Positions 51,831-62,024 of a stretch of DNA of 64,000 nucleotides are shown piece after piece; the stretch's first letter is position 1, and each line of letters opens with the position of its first letter. Source of the DNA: Gnetum montanum (lineage: Eukaryota; Plantae; Gnetophyta); the NCBI GenBank assembly GCA_015680685.1, contig MNCI01002465.1, positions 747,488 to 811,487 of the forward strand, in the 5' to 3' direction. The notes below the pieces were generated by a model, which was not told where the DNA came from, did no database searches, and was given only the letters and a program-made list of their open reading frames with translations. Both the position numbers and the translations under genes were made by a program.

Positions 51831-51943
51831 CGTGCCTACCCATTTGGGGGAACTCGAGGACTCGTGCCTACCCATTTGGGGGAACTCGGGGACTCGTGCC
51901 TACCCATTTGGGGGAACTCGGGGACTCGTTCCCCGCTAAAGTG
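51831..51943 (+). repeat. Three 32-bp tandem copies spanning the 5' junction of a hairpin element
   Basis: CGTGCCTACCCATTTGGGGGAACTCG(A/G)GGACT at 51831, 51863 and 51895; the last copy runs into a full element. Confidence 0.9.
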
Positions 51944-52728
51944 CCTCCATTTCGTTATTTTGGATCTAACGACGCATGGTATTATTGATGGATGATCTAC
52001 TGTTCATCAATTAGGTGGGACAAAAAATGAAAAGTAGTTAGTTAGTACAGTTCTCGTAGTTAGTTAGTGCAGTTCCCGGATGCGGGTGGGCACCCGACTG
52101 CTCTTCCCAAGGCAGACTTACCATACCATTCATTTTTGAAATTGACTAGGCTACATGCCGGTCTTAAGAAGTAAGTAGTCCATGCACTAGTACAATAACA
52201 TCTAGGTCTGATGGCTCTAGCCGGGGAACGACCAAGGTCACTTCGGGGGCGTTCCTGCTTCCTACGTTTCCCTACGTTACCCTCAACACACTATCAACAC
52301 TAACACGGGGCGACTTTCAATTCACTTCTGCGCGGACAAAACGAGGAAGGGGCATTTTTTATGTGATGCCAAGGCTCTTTACGAGGATGATGAATCATGC
52401 GATATCAAGTTTTGAGCGGTGCTTGTTGCATTCCAATGAGCTTGTGGCATGCACTCTATTGCTACAATTCATTGAATTGCTTTGCTTGGAAAATTTGGCT
52501 CCCCAAGGGTTTGGGGGGGACAGAGCTTCGTTCGTTCAGCCAGCCAATGCTATCCCCGCCAGCAATGTGTAGATATCGATATCGATGATTCTAGGCCCCC
52601 AAAAAATGTTGTATTATATTCTATTATATTCCATTCTAGGGGTAACTCGGGGAAAAGTTCCCCTTATTTCGTTCGGGGAATCGTACGTTGGGAGATTCCC
52701 GTTTCACCCTCGTTACTTTCATAAAAAA

Positions 52729-52836
52729 TGATGACGGTCAAGATTATTTGTGTGTCAAGGAAGGAATTCCACAAGGTGGTGCCATCTCTACTCTCCTCTC
52801 CTTATGAATATGTACTTGGACAGGCTGGATAGAAAC
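52729..52836 (+). pseudogene. Group II-type RT fragment, copy C
   Basis: DDGQDYLCVKEGIPQGGAISTLL, then a frameshift, then LMNMYLDRLDR. Confidence 0.75.
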
Positions 52837-53674
52837 TTTACACTTTCCACCGAACACATTCGCCGATGAATTTGTAATAGGAGTAACTGGAGGGCAACCT
52901 TACTATATTATGACCTAGGGGAAGGCGGAAGGTGTATTGGATGGGCTTTAGCCGAGGAATGACCAGGGCGTTAGCGGGGAACGAGTCCTCAAGTTCCCCC
53001 GAATCTCCCATTGGAGAACAATGGCCCATGTAATGGGGTAACTCACTTCGTGAGTTCCTCGCCCCTACGAGGACCTATGTGACCCTAGTCGTTCCCCTTA
53101 GTTATGCCCCTAACCCCTGAGGGGCATACCTTAGGCCAGAAGAGAAACTGGAACGGGTCTTTTGGGGCCTTCCCCACCCCACGGTGAAATTTTGGTATAG
53201 TATAGTATAGTGTATATATATATAATAAAGAAAATTGAAGGGACATATACAATACATCCCTAACCACCCTAATACTAATAGCATCCCCAACCTCCCTAAT
53301 ACCCATCCCTAATACCTATGATACCTAATATAACCTATAATACCTGATATAAGAAATACTAGAATCAAATAATAGGCTCTCTGAGGTCTCTGGTGTCGTA
53401 CCGCCGGCGGAGCAGAGGATTTCACCCCTTTTTCGTGGCCGCCCGTCACTGGCATCGATCTTGTTTCCAAAACGGCTGTGCGAGTAAACTAACTTTTTGT
53501 TATTGTGCGCAAAATAGGAAGTTTACGGGGAAGGGAATCGAGCCGGAAACTGCAATGGTTAAGGAGGCTAATAACGGTTAACAACGCCATCGACTCTCTC
53601 TCTAATATATAACAAATATGGCATAGGCCTCTGCCTCTAATACATAAAAGTAAGAAAGACCGATCCTGCGAGAT

Positions 53675-54418
53675 ACGCCGGCATTAAAATTTAAAGCTTT
53701 GCGTCTACTTTCAGACAATGTTTGGAACAAAAAACTGACAAGAATACAACGCCGCATTCTCCGAAGATTGAAAAGCAAGAGAATATATATTAGGACAAAT
53801 ATTTATCTGAGATAGAATTGGAACAGTTACATCAAATTACAAGCCATACGAAAGTTGTCCCTTTCTTATGGAAATGCCCCCATAATAGATATGCACAACG
53901 GAGGGCCAGAACGAGCTTCACATGTACCCTTTCCACTCAATCTAGAAACAAGATTGGACGTAATCCTGGTTTGTCTCCATTTCTGTGAAACTATTCCTCA
54001 AGCGAGGCAGCTGATAAGTCACCGAAAGATTCGTGTTCATAATGAAATGGTCAACATCACTCGTGAAAAAGTGTCCCGCGGTGATCTAATATCTATTGAA
54101 GAGAATTCTGTAAGAACCATGGGAAGAAAAGTGAGGAAATATTTTTATATCGAAATATTAGTAACCAAAATAGCGGGAGCAGTGTTTCCATTTAACTTGG
54201 AAAAAAGAAGGTGGAAAAAGAACAACAAAATAATACGGTTGATGTGGAAAAAGAACAACAAAATAATACGGTTGATAATACGGTTGATGCGGAAAAAGAA
54301 CAAAACAAAATGGTTCCGCCTACTTACAAAACCAAAAGGGTGCCGCCTCCTACTAAAATCCTGGTTTTTGCAACAGTCGCGGGCAGCCTCCATGCAAGAG
54401 CGGAGCAGCATGACTTAG
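53675..54418 (+). pseudogene. rps4: Mitochondrial ribosomal protein S4, copy 1
   Basis: ACG start (editable to AUG), then PALKFK..RLLSDNVWNKKLTRIQRRILRRL and the S4 core LETRLDVILV.LHFCETIPQARQLISH. In-frame TAG at 53813-53815. C-terminus truncated after SMQE. Confidence 0.92.
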
Positions 54419-57400
54419 AAAATACAAATCGACGGGGTATTGACAGGTGGGGTAACAGTGAGGTTATTTTTGGGCTTCGTTCCGGGCTGCCGAAGGTCGA
54501 AAACCGGGGGTAACTGGGGTAACTCCGGGGTCGTTCCCCACCTCCGGGCATCGTTCCCGCTTCGCCCTCTCACCCACCTTCGGTCAATCTTCGTTCCCGC
54601 TTTTCGTTCGTTCCCGCGGCCTCCGGCGCGGCCCCTTCCCTTATATGCGGGCGCGGGCAGCCGAGCACAACAAAATGAAAATAAGTATCCGGATTCTTAC
54701 TATTTTGGAAGCGCCGAGAAGGCATTGCGTGCGTCGTCATATAGTCAGTCAAACCTAACGGAACCCTACTCGAACAACAAAAACGAACGGGTGAACAAAC
54801 ACAAATAGGCAGAACATAAGACCTAAGTTGCTTACTTATTTCGGTATGTTAACGATTAGGACGAACGGCCATTTGAACAAGCGAGCGTGGGCGGGCCATA
54901 CCATACCATACCATACAAGTAACAAGTCCAAACGCATGCGCGCCCGTGACCAGCACCAAATAGCCATTTCTGCTCTACAATGTTGCACAATATCGCATAC
55001 ACTCAGTTGGAAAAGCCCACCCATTTATTCCAGGGTAACTCCGGGGCTTTAGCCGGGGAACGACCAGGGTCACTCCGGGGGCGTTCCCCCGCTAATGCGC
55101 CTACGTTACCCTGGTATAATTGCGACCTGGAGAGGTTGCTCCACCTCTCATAACTGCCCAATCTCAGACAATCCTATAACAAGTAAATGATGGCTAACTT
55201 GTCGCGTACGTCGTCCACAGCAAGTTTAATAATTTGTACCTGTTATGGCTATGAGCCACCTCCCATCTGCCACCAGATTCACGAGTGAAGCCAGGATGTA
55301 CCTATGTTATGATACAAAGCCTAGTTCCAAATTATTACGTAAGTAATCAGAATTAAGGACTTTTCAAATTACTGGTCAGAGCTCAGGACACTTATTTTGT
55401 TACTAATCAGAGTTAAGGGCTCGCTATTAAGCGAAAGAGAAACGACTGCGATGCTTTAACGCTAGCTATGGGCATTTCCCCGCTTGGCTGACCCGCCTCT
55501 TCCCGTAATTGCTCCGGATTGAGTGGCCCACACACTACCCAACCTCTAACAATTAATGCGCTATTATGAGAATGACAGACTTTCCTATTATTGTTACCCC
55601 AGTAGGACCTGCTTGGTGGGAGGCCACCTGCCAAACTGGACAGTACCAGACAAGTATGTGCGCTATGAAAATGATGATAGAACTAATCTACCCACTAAAG
55701 CCCAGTTACCCTGAATAAAATCAACTTGGTATGGAGAACCGAAACCTGTCGTAAAAGAGACTAAGAATAGTGATCTCCGTCTGTGATCCCAAATCAGGTC
55801 CGACTCCACCATGGTCGGTATACATTCAACCGATATTGAATGGTGGTAGACCTGAAGGGAGGTGGGAATAACTCACCAAGTTGCAAAACCGCAAAGCACC
55901 CACCCAACCCTTCATGGCCGATACGGAATGATAGAGGCACCGTTCTGGCCCAATGGTGCTTGTGTTGCGCCCCCAGCACTAAATTTCGTATTGTACCTAC
56001 TGAATAGCTAGGAACGTGAACACCGATGCTCCCTTCCCCGCGCTGGTTACTGGCGCGTGGCTGCATGGCAAAGTGCTCCGTTCGGTTCTGTGGATCGGTA
56101 GGGGGCATATCCCGACGTCTCCCAGCACAGAACAGAATTCAAATAAATTCATAATGGTCTGGGTGGGCACTGGACAATTATGAAGATGATCAGAGGGCGT
56201 AAGCGGGGAACGAGCGAAGTGAGTTACCCTGCTAACGCGGGGCACTTTTCCCCGAGTTCCCCCGCGACTATTGAGGTTACCGTGCTGCGTTTCCGTGAAA
56301 CGCTAAGCCCCGCGACAGAAAACAAAACCGTGAAACGCTAAGCCCCCGCTGTGCGCGTTTCCGTTCAACGCCCACAGCGGNCAGAAGAAAAGTGAGGAAA
56401 TATTTCTATATCGAAATATTAGTAACCAAAATAGTGGGAGCAGTGTTTCCATTTAACTTGGAAAAAAGAAGGTGGAAAAAGAACAACAAAATAATACGTT
56501 TGATGTGGAAAAAGAACAAAATTATACGGTTGATAATACGGTTGATGCTTAAAAAGAACAAAACAAAATGCTTCCGCCTACTTACAAAACCAAAAGGGTG
56601 CCGCCTCCTACTAAAATCCTGGTTTTTGCAACAGTCGCGGGCAGCCTCCATGCAAGAGCGGAGCAGCATGACTTAGAAAATACAAATCAACGGGGTATTG
56701 ATAGGTGGGGTAACAGTGAGGTTATTTTTGGGCTTCGTTCCAAGCTACCGAAGGTCGAAAACTGGGGGTAACTAGGGTAACTCCGGGGTCGTTCCCCACC
56801 TCGTGGCATCGTTCCCGCTTCGCCCTCTCATCCACCTTCGGTCAATCTTCGTTCCCGTTTTTCGTTCGTTCCTGCAGCCTCCGACGCGGCCCCTTCTCTT
56901 ATATGAGGGTGCGGGCAGCCGAGCACAACAAAATGCAAAGAAGTATCCGGATTCTTACTATTTTGGAAGCGCCGAGAAGGCATTGCGTGCATCGTCATAT
57001 AGTCAGTCAAACCTAACGGAACCCTACTCGAACAACAAAAACGAACGGGTGAACAAACACAAATAGGTAGAACATAAGACCTAAGTTGCTTACTTATTTC
57101 GGTATGTTAACGATTAGGATGAACGGCCATTTGAATAAGCGAGCGTGGGCGGGCCATACCATACCATACCATACAAGTAACAAGTCCAAACGCATGCGTG
57201 CCCGTGACCAGCACCAAATAGCCATTTCTGCTCTACAATGTTGCACAATATCGCATACAATGTTGCTCCACCTCTCATGACTGCCCAATCTCAGACAATC
57301 CTATAACAAGTAAATGATGGCTAACTTGTCGCGTATGTCGTTTAATAATTTGTACCTGTTATGGCTATGAGCCACCTCCCATCTGCCGCCAGATTCACAA

Positions 57401-58553
57401 GTGAAGCTTGTACCTGTTATGGCTATGAGCCACCTCCCATCTGCCACCAGATTCACAAGTGAAGCCAGGATGTACCTATGTTATGATACAAAGCCTAGTT
57501 CCAAATTATTACATAAGTAATCAGAATTAAGGACTTTTCAAATTACTAGTCAGAGCTTAGGACACTTATTTTGTTACTAATCAAAGTTAAGGGCTCGCTA
57601 TTAAGCAAAAGAGAAACGACTGCGATCCTTTAACGCTAGCTATGGGCATTTCCCCGCTTGGCTGACCCACCTCTTCCCATAATTGCTCCGGATTGAGTGG
57701 CCCACACACTACCCAACCTCTAACAATTAATGCGCTATTATGAGAATGATAGACTTTCCTATTATTGTTACCCCAGTAGGACCTGCTTGGTGGGAGGCCA
57801 CCTGCCAAACTGAATGATAGACTTTCCTGTTATTGTTACCCCAGTAGGACCTGCTTGGTGGGAGGCCACCTGCCAAACTGGATAGTACCCGACAAGTATG
57901 TGCCCTATGAAAATGATGATAGAACTAATCTACCCACTAAAGCCCAGTTACCCTGAATAAAATCAACTTGGTATGGAGAACCAAAACCTATCGTAAAAGA
58001 GACTAAGAATAATGATCTCGGTCTGTGATCCCAAATCAGGTCCGACTCCACCATGGTCGGTATACATTCAACTGATATTGAATGGTGGTAGACCTGAAGG
58101 GAGGTGGGAATAACTCACCAAGTTGCAAAATCGCAAAGCACCCACCCAACCCTTCATGGCCTATACGGAATGATAGACGCACCGTTCTGGCCCAATGGTG
58201 GTTGTGTTGCGCCCCTAGCACTCATAGCTAGGAACATGAACACTGATGCTCCCTTCCCCACGCTGGTTACTGGCACGTGGCTGCATGGCTAAGTGCCCCA
58301 TTCAGTTCTGTGGATCGGTAGGGGGCATATCCTGATGTCTCCCAGCACAGAACAGAATTCAAATAAATTCATAATGGTCTGGGTGGGCACTGGACAATTA
58401 TGAAGATGATCAGAGGGCGTAAGCAGGGCACTTTTCCCGTGACTATTGAGGTTACTGTGCTGCGTTTCCGTTCAACGCTAAGCCCCGCAACAGAAAACAA
58501 AACCGTTCATCGCTAAGCCCCTGCTATGCATGTTTCCGTTCAACTAAACAGCG
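54124..58553 (+). repeat. Diverged direct duplication of about 2.2 kb (54124-56380 and 56383-58553) joined at a single N (56381)
   Basis: The copies are collinear. Copy 2 has many C>T/G>A changes, a deletion of about 130 bp and two internal tandem duplications. Confidence 0.9.
56383..56676 (+). pseudogene. rps4: rps4 3' fragment, copy 2
   Basis: RKYFYIEILVTKI...GCRLLLKSWFLQQ, near-identical to 54124-54418. Confidence 0.85.
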
Positions 58554-59832
58554 GGAATGACCAGGGTCACTCCGGGGACGTTCTCGCTCCCATAGTCATC
58601 CTACGTTACCCTGTATCTCAGCTCATCCTCCTTACCCTGTATCTCAGCTCATCCTCCTGAGCTACCTCGTCCTTAAGAGTATAGAGAGGCGTCTACCCAC
58701 GAAACGGGTCTCAAGGCCGGGTGAGTACGCCCGGTCGGTGAACCTCATCCCCGGGGTTCATCAGAGAAGGTGAGGTGCCCGTCACCCTTTACGGTGTTGC
58801 ATGTTTACCCGCTGAGTGCCAGAGCAAAGAACCCTCAGGCCAGGTTGCAGGAGCAGGTAAACAGAGTGAGCTCTCTCCATGGGGTAACCTAACAAGATTC
58901 TGCGAGTGGTGAAACCTTCGTAGAATTGGTTATGAGGTGAGTACCCGCTGGAAGCTCGATGACAAGAATGTCTAACAAACGCCCACCCACAAGCACCAAC
59001 AAAAGGAGCAACAAGGATGGAGGGGGAATTCCTATTGGAATAATTTACAATAATAAGATAATAAAATATTACTTAAACACTTCAAGTGGTTGCTGGAAGG
59101 AAAGTTATGCGATGTTGGTAACACCCCTCCCTAAGAAACTACCCCTTGAACGGTGCCTTAAAGAGGAAGCCTTATGGGTCCTAGTTTGGCTGATCAACTC
59201 TACTATCTTCATAATGACTAACGACTGTTATGATCTGGGGACCGCTCTAACCCATGCTCCTTATATTATATCCGGAGCGGCACACCAAAATGCCTCTATT
59301 TCTACTTCTATATGCTCCCCTGGACGGACTACCACCCACCCGGGTCAGCTACGTTAAGGTACGAATGAATAGCCTAAGATTGCATAGAGCTACCTGCCGA
59401 TTAACAACGACTAATCTTTTATAATTGATCGTCGAGAAAGAACCACCTATTTCCCGAATGAATTACTACTGCCCTGTGCCGGGCTGGAAATGTATCACTA
59501 CTTTCCTGTGCGCCGGACTGGACTGACGCAAGCACTTTTCATGGGATTTAAGGGTAACTCCGGGGTCATTCCCGCTATGCACGTTTCTTATGACGCAACA
59601 CGGTAACCTAGACGTGTGTTTTCGTAGTTCGTTACAAGCCTGCTCCTTTTTTCCACCATATGTAACCGCCACCTTAGTAGTTTTGGTTTCCTTTTTTCCA
59701 CCGTATGTAACTGCCACCTTAGTAGTTTTGGTTTTCGTAGTTCGTTGTTTTGTTTACGTAGTTCATTCCCGCTCATTATATGATATGATATGAGCCTGCT
59801 TTTTTGTAGTAGTTCGTTCCCGCGCCAATAGT

Positions 59833-60897
59833 CGCCATCCAATTACCATCCCGCATCATCACCACCGTGCGTTACTCGCTGCACATAAACTTAACTAAGT
59901 CTCTGGGCCATGGCACAGTCATGGTTTCCTTCCACGGATGCCTTACGTTATACGCCGACCTGTGTAAAAGGAGTTAATAACCTGAAATTCATGGACATCT
60001 TTAGTGGGGAATCTTCCATTGGTCACTTCCCGTTTCACCCTCGCTTGACATTGCATGCCGTGACGTGCCTTCGCCGAAGATATTTTGGTGATAGGAAAGG
60101 TGGATTTGTTGACTTAACCAACGAGACAACCAAACTTGCAATCAAGGTAGTGGAAGAAGAGAAGTGTGCCTCGTGGTATTCGGGTGCTATGAACTAACAA
60201 ACAGAAGTGAACTACAAGAAAGACAAAATGGACGGCTAAAAGCGAAGCTCGTCGTAGCCGTCATCGTAGCCCTCGTTGTAGCCGCTTAATGGACGACCAG
60301 GAACTACTGAAGTACATCAGTACCATCATGGTACCATCATGGTTGGTGTAGCGTGAACTGGGGAAGGACTCGTTCCCCGCGAACGCGGGGGAACTCACGT
60401 AGTTTGTTCTCCACCCCTTCTCATCGTCAAACACTAAAATTCATTTCATACGCGATCATACACGACTTCCACACCCGACTAGCTCTCACTTGTTAAGCCA
60501 TCATCCTCGTTTTCAAATAACTCAAAATAAGAAATTGTACATTCGCGTTTTTCTCTCTGTCTCCCCACAGACCAAGAGCTGCGAGAAAAAGTGGACAGAT
60601 TTTGTGGTTTTGTCCACGCGTTCAACTAAGCAAGAATGTAACGTAAGGGCGACTAAAAAGGAGCGGGAATGAGCGAACCCTTTTTGTCAGCCCCGTGAAA
60701 TGGTCCGTTGTTCTCCTTAGGGAGATTCCCTGCATGATATATGGGGAACGAGACCCCAAGTTACCCCTGAAAATGCAAGATCTATTCGGCTTCATGAAGA
60801 CAGAAACACGAGCCAGCTGCCTGTGGGCCTATGAGTAAAGAAGTGGTGATCGACCTGTACATGTTGTACTACAATCATGCATTAAACGCACACTCAT
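59833..60897 (+). pseudogene. Degenerate group II-type RT, copy B (internal deletions, hairpin insertions at other sites)
   Basis: HPITIPH..RALL, HSHGFLP, GVNNLKFMDI, LDIAC, FVDLTNET..LAIKVVEEEK, ELLKYISTIM, LSHHP...ITQN..LY and DLYMLYY, all collinear with copy A. Confidence 0.8.
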
Positions 60898-61067
60898 GAA
60901 AGTAACCTAACCTATCAATCTCCAACCTCGGCGTAACCGAACCTATCAATCTCCAATCTGTCCTATCTCCAGTATTGTAAGTGTTGTGAGCCCCTACCAA
61001 AGAGCTTATCAAAGTGGAACGCACTTGTCAAAGGGAAGGTGGGAGTCCAAACTATCCTATATATGAA

Positions 61068-61172
61068 AGTGTTTGCCTAAGTAAACCTCCAAGATTGACT
61101 CATAGTGTCTGCCTAAGTAAACCTCCAAGATTGATTGACAGTGTCTGCCTATGTAAACCTCCAAGATTGACT
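61068..61172 (+). repeat. 36-bp tandem repeat, about 3 copies
   Basis: AGTGT(T/C)TGCCTA(A/T)GTAAACCTCCAAGATTGA at 61068, 61104 and 61140. Confidence 0.9.
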
Positions 61173-61478
61173 TCCTTAATTGTGTCGTGTCGTTCTCTAG
61201 ATGTAAGAAGGGAGTATCTCCCTTCTAGTCTAGGAGTAGCAGAATACTAGATTATTCTTAGTTACTCGAGATGCTAAAATATGACTGCAGTGTCCTCCCA
61301 GTGAGTAAATGAAGCTAGAATGTGAGAAGTAGCGATTCTCAAAGAATTCGCGAAGCCTTCCCTCACCCTCTGTGACAAGGACCTGGGTCAATTCAAGGTG
61401 GTCCTACGGTGTTCGTGAACTCGTCCTGCCCGTTATCAAAAAAAAAAAGAACTGGCTCTTTCCCAACTAACTAGATTT

Positions 61479-61703
61479 ATGCTGGAAGGTGTGAAATTAA
61501 TAGGTGCTAGAGCAGCTACAATTGCTTTAGCGGAAGCTACTGTTGGTATTGGAAACGTTTTTAGCTCTTTGATTCATTCTGTGGCACGAAATCCATCATT
61601 AGCTAAACAATTATTTGGTTACGCCATTTTGGGGTTTGCTTTAACCGAAGCTATTGCATTGTTCGCCTTAATGATGGCGTTTCTTATCTTATTCGTATTC
61701 TAG
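61479..61703 (+). pseudogene. atp9: Mitochondrial ATP synthase subunit 9 (c); intact frame but damaging substitutions
   Basis: 74-aa MLEG.KLIGA...[40 protein letters not shown]5V, G11R, G19E and A21T versus the plant consensus are each a single C>T or G>A change. Confidence 0.95.
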
Positions 61704-61715
61704 TGAGAGGGTGAC

Positions 61716-62024
61716 TAAGGCGGTTACCGTGCTGCGTTTCCGTGAAACGTGCACAGCGGGCTCTAGCGGGGCACTTTTCCCTAAGTTCCCCCGAACGACC
61801 AAGGTAATGTAGGATGACTATTGAGGTTACAAAAAGCATTTCTGTGAAATGCGCACTTAGGGAACTCACGAAGTGAGTTACCCCATGTAATGGGCCATTG
61901 TTTGGAAACGGGAAAGGAATTGGTCGTTCCCGTTGTGCGCTCATTCCAAGAATGAGCTTATTGTAACCTACACGTCTAAGGAGTTACCCTGGGTGTTCCC
62001 CCACTAATGCGCCTACGTTACCCT
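61716..62024. repeat. Hairpin module cluster directly downstream of atp9
   Basis: GGTTACCGTGCTGCGTTTCCGTGAAACG, GCTCATTCCAAGAATGAGC and CCTACGTTACCCTG modules. Confidence 0.85.

Noticed and set aside
54440-57288. Duplicated hypothetical ORFs downstream of rps4
   Set aside because: They recur only because of the 2.2-kb duplication and are largely translations of repeats.
59645-59735. Short tandem duplications (also about 12300, 12935, 33375, 58607 and 60910)
   Set aside because: Ordinary slippage or repair duplications with no sign of function.
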